Positions 25,439 through 37,852 of a stretch of DNA of 64,000 nucleotides are shown here, one piece after another (position 1 is the stretch's first letter; each line of letters begins with the position of its first letter). The notes beneath the pieces are model-generated. The model was not told the DNA's origin, ran no database searches, and was given only the letters and a program-made list of their open reading frames with translations. A program made the translations under genes and the position numbers. This DNA comes from Magallana gigas (Eukaryota). Location: NCBI RefSeq assembly GCF_963853765.1, contig NC_088854.1, forward strand, positions 3,286,001-3,350,000, in the 5' to 3' direction.

Positions 25439-28403
25439 TTTTTTATAATTTATTTCTTTTTCAAAGAAACAGACATGCAAAACAGACATTCAATCATACA
25501 CACACACATGCACACTTATGAATAAACACTGAAATTTATTATTTTGTGGTTACTTGCTTATATGGGAAAAAAATTAAGTATAGAAAAAAAAATATTCATG
25601 ATACAGTGTAATAAAAATAAATCAGATATCAGCAGCCAATATATCTTTCCAACTATCCCATAAGTTTTCAAAATATTGTAGTTTACCAGTTTGTATTGCA
25701 GCATATCTTTCAATATTGTATTTTAGTTTTAAGTGATAAAGGAAACCAATCAGACATGGTGTCTTATTTGACATAAGACAACAAAAAATATATTGTTTCA
25801 TATACAGAATTATAAAATTAATTACTTTGTTATGAAATGACAATGGAAGTTGGCCAAGTATAATATTAAACATATTAAATCCAATTCTTTCAGAGGTCTT
25901 TCTATAAATGTATACACTAAGTTCACTCCACAGGGTATGTATTTTCTCACAGGAAATAAAAACATGTATTATTGTTTCCACATTGTTTTTACAAAACCCA
26001 CATGTGTCAGTATTTTTAATATTGATTTTTTTAAGGTAGTATCCAACTGGAAGAATTTTGTGTAGAATTCTAAATTGAAGCCATTGTACAGAAGAATCTT
26101 TGGTAGTTTTAAAACAAATCTTAAAAATATCATATACAGTAAGATCTTCAACATTATAATCAATCAGACCTGTTTTCCATCTGGTTACAGCAATTGGAAC
26201 AACCACATTTTCGTTCAAAACATTGTAAATAATTTTTGTACACTTTTCATGGAGTATGATTGTTTGGAGAAAAAATGGTATACATGGATTAGGATTTCTT
26301 TGAACAGAAGTCCTGTCAATGTTAGACATTTTAAAAAACATAAAAATTGCTGATTTAACACTGTTGTATTGCATTATACATATATTCTTGAGATTGTATT
26401 TACATTTAAATTCTTCATAACTTAAAAAATTACAATTTTCATCATAAAAATCTTGTATGACCTTTACACCATTCTTGTACCAGGTTTTTATGAAAACATA
26501 TTTATTTGCTATGAGTATTTTTGAATTGTACCACACCGGAGAATTTAAAAGATTATCTTTTGCCTTTGGGTGATCAATATAGGTAATAATAAAACATAAC
26601 CATGAATTTAACACATCTTTCCAAAAATCATTGTTTACCTTGTGTAAACATTCAATTACAAAACTATCACCAAAATCAAACAAATTCTGTAAAAACTCAT
26701 TTCCATAAATGGTAAATAAAAAATCCATCCATGGTTTGTATGATTTTGTAAGCCTTTTTATCCATGAACATTTGAGAGATATTATAAAATTGTTAATGTC
26801 AACCATTTTCAACCCTCCTGATGAATAGTCCTGTGTAATGACTGACCTCTTAACTTTATCAATCTTAGATTTCCACAGAAATTCAAACAAAATTTTACTA
26901 AGGTATGAAATTGTTTCTTTCTTTGGATTTGGTAGTGAAATGAATAAATGATTTAGTTTCGGTATGAGCAAACTTTTAATAACAGTAATTCTACCAATGG
27001 GAGTAAGAATTCGTCGTTTCCATTGCTCTACCATAGCTATAATTTTTGGAATTTGTAAATTATAATTCATATCGACAATATTATGAAGATTTACTGAGAA
27101 CTGAATTCCTAAAAGGTTGAATGTTGTTGACCCCCAATCCAATTTCCATCTTGTGTGATGATAAACCTGATCTGAAAATTTTTTGGATCCAATCCAAATA
27201 ATTTTTGTCTTAGATGTATTTATTTTAAGACCAGAAAAACTCGAAAAAAAATTCTATGGTTTCAAGAGCTGCAAAAAGTGATTTTGGTGAACCATCAAGG
27301 ACTAGTGAAGTGTCATCTGCATATTGTGATATATTATGTTCAATATCATTAATAAAAATACCTTTAATATCTTTGTTTTGTTTAATCATTATTGCTAAAA
27401 TTTCTGCACACATGATAAATAAATATGGAGCAACAGGGTCTCCTTGCCTGCATCCCCTTTGTACAACAAACTGTTGTGATAAATGGCCGCACTGTAAAAT
27501 AGCAGCATGGAAGTTTGTATTTAAAATCTTAATCCACTGAATAATATTTTCTCCAAAGCCAAAATATTTAAGGACTTGGTATATGAATGACCACGCCATA
27601 AAATCAAAAGCCTTTTCAAAATCTATAAGTATTAAAAGACCAGGTATGTTTTTGAACTCAGTGTAAGATAACAGGTCATATATAAATCTGGTATTTTCTC
27701 CAATGTATCTTCCCTTCATAAATCCAGACTGTGTATCAGATATTAAATAATCTAATACTTTCTTAATTCTAAAACTAACACACCCTGAAATAATCTTGTA
27801 CAAAACATTTAAAAGAGTAATTGGTCGCCAGTTTTTTTAAAAACTGTCTAGGCTTATCACCTTTAGGTAGACATGAGATAATTCCAAGTCTCTGTGAGAT
27901 GGGGAGTTCCTTCTTCAAAAATATACAGTTAATGGCTCGTACAACAAAATTTTTAATATCTTTCCAAAATTTTTAAAAAAATTCAGCAGTGTACCCATCA
28001 CTCCCAGGAGATTTGTTGTTCTTCATATGTTTTATGACATTTAATACCTCTTTTTCTAAAAAAAAACATCTTCTAGACCATTTGACAACTCATTTTTTAA
28101 CTTAGGTGAATTGTAATTAAAAATAATATTATCTAAATCAATCCTTACTAATTTGTGTCCTCACTTGCATATAAATTTTCATAGTACTTCTTTACATAAT
28201 CTAGTATTTTTTCTTGCTCATATACCCTTCCAATACCCTCAACTTCAATTTGTTTTATTGTTTTGTTTATGTAATTTCTAGATTCCAAATTGCAAAAATA
28301 TGTTGAAGGTTTTTCGCCTTCCTCCATCCAATGGGCACGAGACCTTATTATATTTCCAAACAACTTTTCCTTGCGTAGCTTTTCAAGAGCACATTTTTTT
28401 TTT
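25439..28403 (-). mobile_element. 5'-truncated L1-clade (Tx1-like) LINE, ORF2 with frameshifts (2,965 bp)
   Basis: 15-bp TSD cgtcgaggaaatatt at 25424-25438 and 28404-28418; poly(T) on + at the 3' end. ORF2 fragments: GNIIRSRAHWMEEGEKPSTYF (linker), RT with IDFEKAFD, RGCRQGDP and QYADD, and C-terminal CxxC..H..C zinc knuckle (CGFCKNNVETIIHVFISC). Target ATATT/AA fits L1 endonuclease preference. Confidence 0.95.
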
Positions 28404-31400
28404 CGTCGAGGAAATATTAATTTCATTATTATTAGGCAAAATTCACTTGAACTACCAATCAATTGAAACTGCGTGACTATACTGAGATTACGGTTCTTTG
28501 AAATGCAAACAAGGATCGCTCCATGTTTTTTTTAATTCAAACTTTCATGTACAAATTATTCACATTTTCTCATATACTTAGTTTACAGTGCATACACATC
28601 ACATATTCACTTCATTTAAGATATAAGAATAAACACAGTCACATACCGAAGATAATCAAAGTACTGAAAGTACTGTTAGACGGTGGCTTCGTTTGAAAAT
28701 GGCATATTACATGTAACAATGAGTGATGCATGACAATTATTGATGTCGAAAACCGCGGCCAGTATCGTATACATGTACTATACTTAACGCTTACTCGCAC
28801 AACTGGTCGTGAGTTTCCTACATGGATGATTCTGTGGAAATCGTAGCTGTGATATCAATCCACACTTTACAAATGCTGTGTCTCTTGGCCGTCATCTTTT
28901 GGTGGAAACCCAAAGATTTATCACAGTAGCCTTTGTAGTATAGAAAATTGTATCTATAGTTTGTATCTATATGTTAGTATCTATATCAGCTGACATTAAA
29001 AACCCGTTTTCGGTAATACTATGTATTTTGATTGCCCCAGAGTGACTCATTAAATATGTGGGTTGCCACCACATATTGAATGAATAGATCAAATCCAAGG
29101 CGATTTCATCACAGAACGCCCAAATATTTGATTGTTTGAAGAAGGGGAATTTTGGTTTTTTCCCTTTTGACCTTTGGGTTGACCCCGCAAAGGGGAACAA
29201 ATTTTGAAATGTGTGGATTGGACTATTGTGCTTTAAATATATTGTAGATTTCCCAAGTAACGAGAATAAATTCAGCTTTGGTATGATAAAATACTTATTT
29301 TTACTAACTATTTGGGCATACATATAGTATGTTAATTGTCCCTCTCGACAGCATTTTCCCTCAATTTCTCCACGAGGAAAAAGTTGCAGTCTTGTGAACC
29401 ATCACACTTGCATTTGTCCTCATAGTCAGTTAATACATTTAGGTGTAAAGAAAACGGAATGGGTTTACAAGAACCTGTTTGATAAAACTGGTATTCTTTC
29501 GAATGCACGTCATCATGAAACAGAAGAGTCAATCAATATTTTATCTTCGACTTTAGTGGAATATTTCCATTTGCTCACAACGAAAGTGAATGAAAGTTTG
29601 AAAAAAAAATATCATACAATATTCAGTCGCGGCAGTTTCATTAATCAACGTTTTAAACATTTGTTCTATTGTATTTAGCTATATATTTATTCAAATCATT
29701 TGAATGAATTCGCGAAAGTCACATCTATATTTTATCGCTTCTTAGTACACTTTAACACGCATAAATTACTTGCTACATTAAACTTTTCTAGTAAACTTAC
29801 AACAAATATTGATTAATTATACAAAATAAGTTTTTAAAAACACCAAACAAACAAAATTCAAGTTGAACGCACGTTTTCTGACCGTGCAGCTGTGTATATA
29901 AAGAAGATGTGGGAATGAGTTGCGCAACTGTCCATTTATTAAAGTCGTAAAAAACATTTTCAAATTTATCATTTTTTCAATTAAATATATTTGATATGTT
30001 ATAATACTAGTTTACAAAATGGTAATTTCTAACTATAATCAGTTTGAAATATTTTAAAAAAAACGATAAGAAAAAAAAAATAAATCTTTAAGTTTTGGTG
30101 GTATCGAACCCACAACCCAAAAACCCAAGTTCTATAAAGTGTCCTAATGTCAGAAGTTCTAACCACTGAGCCATTTCATTCACAACAAAGTGAGTTGTTT
30201 AAATGCTATATGAGAAGCTAACCACGAATTTACGGACTTGTATTATATTTCTAAAACGTTCAACTGTTGAGCTACAAAATGACATTTTTGAACTGTAGTG
30301 GGTCATCTGTCCACAATTTTGTTGAGTAAAATCGGTTTAAATTCCATTAAACCACATTTAGACTGTGACAAAAAATATGAAGCTCAGATTCACTATATGA
30401 AAGAAAAGGCATTGAAGTTATAAAAAGTACATTATTTGGAGATTTTGACACACACGCGCCAGTTTAAATCAATATATTGCAAGTATTTAAAATATTTAAA
30501 GGTTACAACCCGATGTTACGTTAAATATACATTATTTTTAATTATTTTAAAAAAAAAGTATCAGCTTTTATGATATTTTAATTTTGCCGTATCTAATCAT
30601 TCCTCATATAGGCATTTTACACGCCTTATTCATCCACATTCTTTGATTTTATTCTTTGCATGTACTAGACAATAGATTTAGGGTTCGCAAATCCCGGCAA
30701 TATTTTCGGAAAGCTATAGTTCTGTAGCTCAGCAGAATTCTACAGTCATCTATGAAGCACATTTTTTTGGCCTTCATGATTCATTATTTATTGCAAATAT
30801 AGCATGGATGTATACGCTACAGCCGATGTAGCATTGCGTTAAGTGATGACACTTTCTAACCGGTGTGTATTTCAATTGCGAGTCGACAATTACAAACTGG
30901 CGCATCATTTGTAAATGCATGTTGACAAAATGCTAACACTTGGAAATAAATGTCGAAAAAAGTTCATAGTGAAGTTGTACTTGCGAGTTAAAAATTATTT
31001 GAGAACAAACGGGGCGATGTTTACGTACATATGTAAATATGTTATCTGTTAGTGGAAAAAATGCCCCCAAAACCTTAAGGAAGGAGTCTTTTTATTATCA
31101 AACATACTTCTTATAATAAGAAATGCATGAAATTTTGACACAGTCAAACGGATCATATTACTTAATGATTCTATCAGTTTAATTAAATTTTACCTTTGTG
31201 TTTTTGGATAAAGGTCAGGTCAAGGTCACTACCTTTTTCCTCAACGTAAAGAGTGATAAAAATAAGTGTAGCTCTTTAAAGTTCTGTAGACATTTGTTTA
31301 AGATTTGAAGATTCAAATCTTCAATGAAATCATAGACCATGAGAGTGTCTATAAGCTTATACTACTAAATTGGAATAAATATTTATACTAAAATTGATAT

Positions 31401-32133
31401 TGCTTAGCCCGCATTTCCTCTAATTTTCTTAAATTTTGAAGAAATTTTGATTATTTTTTTAAGCTTCCAATAATAAAATATTTCTAATTTCTATGTATTA
31501 TGAAGACTTTATATAAAGATATAAATTGACAGAAAAGCTAATATATTGACCGTTTCATAAGAGAGAAAAACTGATTTTAGTGATTTTTTCACAAAAATCA
31601 ATGTATAGAATGGGCGCTTTAAAAAGCTTATAAAAATGTTATTTGATAGGCAAATCATATTTTAAAAACATATTCTGAAACCCAAGTATCATATTATTAG
31701 TTCACATTAGTAAAAAAAAATCCAACATTATTGTTATTGTTTTTAAAATGCTAAAACAGACTCATTATATATATATAATCTGCAGCAATTCTGAATTGCG
31801 CAACATGTGATATTTTCCTACGCCAAAAATATAGTCCTTGTTCCACTCTAAACATTGATTACATTTTTCTATGCCAAGTTGTATGATAGTAAAAAAGAAA
31901 GAAAAATATACTATTTTAATTTCCTTTCATCTTGATTTAATGAACAATTAATCAAATTTACGTTTGACAAGACGAAAACCAGAAAAGACTCCTTCCTTAA
32001 TACATTTAGCAGGGACGGGCGCATATGAATTAAAGTCACTATTTGTACTTCGCTCATCGAATTGCGTTATTCAGTTCATTGTGAAAAAAATCAACAGAAA
32101 CTGTTTAGTTAACAAAATTATCATATCTTACAT

Positions 32134-32214
32134 TAGCTGCAGAACTGTAGCTCTCCGGGGAAGAAATATGGTCTGTCAATATTTTTTTCCCGGAGAGCTA
32201 CAGTTCTGCAGCTA
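32134..32214. mobile_element. 81-bp fold-back MITE with 9-bp TSD, nested in the HINE
   Basis: atcttacat|TAGCTGCAGAACTGTAGCTCTCCGGG...CCCGGAGAGCTACAGTTCTGCAGCTA|atcttacat. Confidence 0.85.
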
Positions 32215-32315
32215 ATCTTACATTACCGTTCACAATGTACCATAAATGTATATGGAATATCGCATGAGTTGAACCAATTCTTTTTTCTCACAAAAACGCT
32301 AGCGTTTGCTGCAAA

Positions 32316-32347
32316 CAGGGACGTATATACTAGTATATACGTCCCTG
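32316..32347. mobile_element. 32-bp perfect palindrome with 7-bp flanking direct repeat
   Basis: ctgcaaa|cagggacgtatatactagtatatacgtccctg|ctgcaaa. Confidence 0.75.
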
Positions 32348-34570
32348 CTGCAAATTAGAGATACGCGAGCTGATCAATGACACGCCGTGAAATCCATTAT
32401 AAGACGTTTTACAGCGAATGTCTTTAATCCCTTATTTGCTTACAAAAATCTGAACTGAAAATCTTCGAAACATCGTAAAATGTAGTTTATATACATGTAA
32501 AATGGCGACTCGATTTGCACGCGAATTTTACAATCCGACGTCGATTAGCGTGTTTGAAAGAAAGTCAGCAGCAAGTAAAGCGTCAACATCAGTAGTAAAT
32601 ATTGTCTGATAAATATAGAAGTGCCTGTAATAAAAATAATGTTTCTACAGACTGAGTGAGGTACAAATAGTTTTTGTGTGTTTGAAAACACATGCACACT
32701 TGTAGAAGAAAGTGTGCCATTGATCGGTTGAAGTTCAATAAAATGTAATTTATATGTAATATTCATTGTCAGTATCTGTTGTGAATTCTTTGAAATAAGC
32801 AACAACAAAATAAATATTCTGCCTCAACTAAAACTAATGCGTTGAAAATTACTGAATTTATCGATGAAGCATATTTACATTGCTGAAATATGAAATGGCA
32901 AACCAGTTTAAATAGTGTTTCTGACATCATTAAAAAAAACAAGAAACAATTATTGTGAGATCTCTTGACAAATTATTGCAGTGATATAGTTTTAATGCAG
33001 TCCTGATACAGAGTTAAACGTCACAACTGACAGTTGGTGCTTAAATTATTAATACCGCGTAAGCAAACAGGGTAACGGCTCATTTAGAATAAAACACATG
33101 TTAATTTCATACATTATATAAATGTATGTACAAAATAATTAGCAGCTACATGTATAATGCTTAAAATATCTGATAGGATGAAAATTAATTCTCATACTGA
33201 AATCGACACATAGATAAAACATTGCCTGTAACACTGAATACATGTACCTAACAGAGTTATCGTTCCTTATCCGCTAGGGTCCCCGTGAGAAATACTCTTC
33301 CGGTCAGGACCGTAGCAATAGACCGTGGCTATTTATAGCCACCGTCTAAAAATGCTCATGTACAGACAAGTATATACAGCGACAAACAGACATATATGCA
33401 CAAACAATCTCGAATACTTTATTTATCAACCATGGAAGTTTGCGTATTTTTAGTTAAGAGGTGGGTGGGGGAGAGGGGGACATTATCTATCAAAAGTCAT
33501 ACATATGCAAAAGGATACATAATAGTATACTTATATTTTCTTTTGCTATAATTTGATTACAATATCCTTGCAGCTATTATAAACAGTTTATAACAAATCA
33601 CAAATAGTTTGCCAATACTTTTCATACTCAGCAAATTTACAATTCTTAAGTACAGTAGTTTCTCAATATGTATTCTATCAGTGACAGTTCGTTTTAACAT
33701 GAGAGTCGAGAGGTTTGGGACATTCTTAAACTTACTGGCAAAAATAAATTGTTTTACTGTAAGAATCGCTCCATGTTAATGTTCATGTTAATGGCATGTT
33801 GAAAATAACTTGGTTCAAATCCTTTATTTTTCGATTGGTGACTCAAAATGAACTTAAAGTGCTTGTCATATGGCATATGTATTAAACGTATGTACGATGC
33901 TCTCTATTCCGCTCTTTCTGTATAAGTAAAGAAAAACGTGGCACCAACCTTGTTCGCAACACAAACCATTATCTATAGCGTACTTGCATCTCTCCTGTAT
34001 CTCGAAGGTTTGGTCGACTAACTTGAAATTTAAATAGTTACATTTTAGGTTTGCATTTTAACACCAAACGAAGTGTTCGACAAAAACACTACTTCTCAGT
34101 ACCAAAACGTTATTCTGACAGCATTTATCGGTACAAAAAACCCCATTTAGACAAAATTACGCATAATACCAAAATATTATGAATTCACAAAAGGCTTAAA
34201 AAGTCAAATAAAACTCATTTTTGTTACAAGAACTGATTAGTTTTAACAGGCCAATAAATGTTGGCGAACTATTACTTAATCAAGAATTCTTGCTATGTTT
34301 GCTGTGCTTTTAACTACATCACTGTAAAAAAAACCCTTAAAATAAGTTAACTGCACGTTAATTTTCCAAAATGTATTGAAAGGCTTTAAAATGTGCATAG
34401 CAAAGATCGTCAGCAAAAATCTATGTTAAATGTATCGCCAGTCTATCTTATCCCGAAATCGCCAGTCTTCCCCTCCAGTTCGAGACAGAGGAATCGCGAG
34501 TCTTCACCCCGAATGTATATAAACTCGTGCGGATACAGAACATTCATATCCACAGAAATACTCTGATCAA

Positions 34571-35651
34571 ATGAGCATGGCTGTTCCACTAGGAGGCTAC
34601 AGAGAGCAAGGAGCAGAGTTTCTAGACTTCTATGAACAGGAAGTCCGTGCCAGAGATGCTAAAATGGCTCTCCATAAGGAACTGCATGCTCTCTTCGGGG
34701 CTCTAAGAGAGGGAGAAGAAGAATCTTCAACGTCCTCGTCAACCGCAGAGAAGCCAAAGTCCAGAACACTTCCATTTAAGCCAGCTCTGAAAAAGAAACC
34801 TTCGCGCACAAAGGCTCCTTCCATTACCAAAGGGAAGAAAAACAGTTCCCTCATTCATAAAGTCAAGAAAACCATCGCCAAAAAGAAACCCAGGTCTGCA
34901 GTCGATAGAAAGAAGGCAAAAGTCTTGGCCATTTCTTGTCAAAAGGTACGTAGAAGTCGTTTTTCTTCTTCAGAATACACCCCATTAGATTGAGATTGTT
35001 ATCTCGGCCCTTAATAGAACACTTTGGCTTACTAGAGGTTTTCCATTTATCGATCCAGTCTGCTTTCTTTTTCGGGATTCCTTGGCTGGCGAAAATGTTT
35101 GTTGTTTGACCACGCAGCTCTTTACCATTTGTGGTAAATTGTATTTCATAATATTTCAGATGAAAGCTCTTAGAAAACTGAAGAGAGAAAACGTTCCGGA
35201 CACGAACTTTTCTTTAAACAAAATACAGTGGTCCCCATGGGAACTAGTTATCTCTCCCACCAAACCAGAAAACGACTCTTTGTGGACTGAAAGATACAGA
35301 GGAAGAAAGGGTTTCCGCAAAACCAGCGTCTGCGGAGGAAAAACTTTTCCTGCAGCTGTGTACGAGTTCTCTGTGAGGAAACTTTCCGATCCTAAACGTT
35401 ACGTGACATACTGTAAATTGTCGTCAGGATTCACCAAGACAAAGTGTTGGGAATCGAGACTTTTATCTCATTCTGACGTTCGATCCCAAGTCAACAAAAT
35501 TGTTGCTTTAGGGTATTCCGTCTATGTACGACGATGTTTGTTGAATGATTCTAACAAAGACACTGTCAGGAAATCATTACTTCGATATGACTATGCTTGG
35601 AAACGAGTTACAGATGTTAGAAATTCGCATAGAGATATATCAGTAGCATAA
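34571..35651 (+). CDS. Array copy 4: vWA-less in-frame deletion variant (duplicate of copy 2)
   Basis: Exons 34571-34945 and 35160-35651; translation identical to copy 2. Confidence 0.75.
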
Positions 35652-37852
35652 TTTCTGTCATGTTATTTATTCTATGTCGTTTCTATAGTACTTGTGTTGC
35701 GTTTTGATATCAGAATATTGATTCTGAATTTGTTGTTGTTGTTTTTAAGTAAAACAAATATGAATGCACCTCTTACTTATGTCACTTTACAAATTTCACG
35801 ACATGCCACTGGTATATTTTAAGCTTCTTGAAGTAAAATAGTTCATGAAATATATCAAATAAGGAATTGAATGGAAAATTGAATAGCATTGCAATTGTGA
35901 AAATCAGAAGTGAAGTGCAAACTTTACGGCATTGACGAAATGGTGGAATCGCACGGGAATCTGCAAGATTCAACAGGGAGCTAATATAACACGAAATGCC
36001 GGTGAACTGTTGACCAGTAGAATTCTGACATTGACAGCTACGGCGTGCTGATAGTAGGGATTGTAAATATTTTGTAGTAATAAGACTGGGTAAGCTTGAT
36101 AAAGCTAAAAATTAACAAAAATTGTCGAAATGTTAAAAGGATCAATATCTCACAAAAATCAAAGTATTGGAAATTGTTCACACATCTTGTCAGTAATTTT
36201 CCACAAAGATTGATTAAGATTCTTTAAGGCAAAAAAATGGAGATCTGATTCTGCTGAATGTAAGCATGCAGAAATGATTCTAGTCACAGTATTTAAAAAA
36301 ACTGTTCTGGATATAGTAACTTACGTAAATATTTGTCCAGTGTTACCTTAAAGTGTTGTTTTGAAACACACACGTAAATTTTGAACTGCGTCGAGGAAAT
36401 ATTAATTTCATTATTATTACGCAAAATTCACTTGAACTACCAATCTATTGAAACTGTGTGACTATACCGAGATTACAGTCCTTTGAAACGCAAACAAGGA
36501 TCGCTCCATGTTTTTTTTATTCAAACTTTCATGTACAAATTATTGGCATTTTCTCATATACTTAGGTTAGAGTGCATACACATCACATATTCACTTACTT
36601 TAAGATATAATGTATAAACATCGACAAACAGACATGTATATGCACAAACAATCTCGAATACTTTCTTTATCAACCATGGAAGTTTGAGTATTTTTAGTTA
36701 AGAAGGGGGGGGGGGGTGAGGGTGTGTAGGAGGGCGGAGAAAAAGAGGGGAACACTATCTATCAAAAGTCATACATATGCAAGAGGATACATAATAGTAG
36801 ACTTATATTTTCTTTTGCTATGATTTGATTAAATATCCTTGCAGCTATTATAAACACATTTTATAACAAGTAACAAATAGTTTGCCAATACTTTTAATAC
36901 TCAGCAAATTTACAATTCTTAAGTAACAGTAGTTTCTCAATATGTATTCAATCAGTGACAGTTCGTTTTAACATGAGCGTAGTGAGGTTTGGGACATTCT
37001 TATATTTACTGGCAAAAATAAATTGTTTTACTGTAAGAATCGCTCCATGTTAATGTTCATGTTAATGGTATGTTGAAAATAGCTTGGTTCAAATCCTTTA
37101 TTTTTCTATTGGTGACTCAAAATGAACTGAAAGTTCCTGTCATATGGCATATGTGTTAAACGTATGTACGATGCTCTCTATTCCGCTCTTTCTGTATATG
37201 TTAAGAAAAACGTGGCACGAACCTTGTTCGCAACACAAAACATTCTTTATAGCGTACATGCATCTCTCCTGTATCTCGAAGGTTTGGTTGACTAACTTCA
37301 GATTTAAAAAGTTACATTTTAGGTTTGCATTTTAACACCAAACGAAGTTTTGGACAAAACCACTACTTCTCAGTACCAAAACGTTATTCTGACAGCACTT
37401 ATCGGTACAAAAAACCCCATTTAGACAAAATTACGCATAATACCAAAATATTATGAATTCACAAAAGGCTTAAAAAGTCAAATAAAATGGGCATTTTTCT
37501 TACAAGAACTGATTAATCTTAACAGGCCAATAAATGTTGGCGAACTATTTTTATTAGTTAATCAAGAATTCTTGCTATGTTTGCTGTGCTTTTGACTACA
37601 TCACTGTAAAAAAAACTTAAAATAAGTTAACTGCACGTTAATTTTCCAAAATGTATTGAAAGGCTTTAAAATGTGCATATCAAAGATCGTCAGCAAAAAT
37701 CTATGTTAAATGTATCGCCAGTCTATCTTATCCCGAAATCGCCAGTCTTCCTCATGCACGAGCTCGAGACAGGAATCGCGAGTCTTCACCCCGAATGTAT
37801 ATAAACTCGTGCGGATACAGAACATTCATATCCACAGAAATACCCTGATTTA

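Larger units (their letters stand above)
28656..33349 (-). mobile_element. 4,694-bp Helentron-associated non-autonomous element (HINE/DINE-1-like architecture)
   Basis: Empty site gaagataa|aaatgc at 44570-44580. 13-nt subTIRs TTAGACGGTGGCT at 28676-28688 and inverted at 33337-33349; 5' hairpin tagaccgtggcta-ttta-tagccaccgtcta; 3' stem-loop agtact-ttc-agtact; insertion into a T-run with no TSD. No Rep/helicase ORF. Confidence 0.85.

Noticed and set aside
25622-27142. 506-aa ORF as a host gene or an active LINE
   Set aside because: It is the C-terminal part of a 5'-truncated, frameshifted L1/Tx1 ORF2 lacking ORF1 and the endonuclease.
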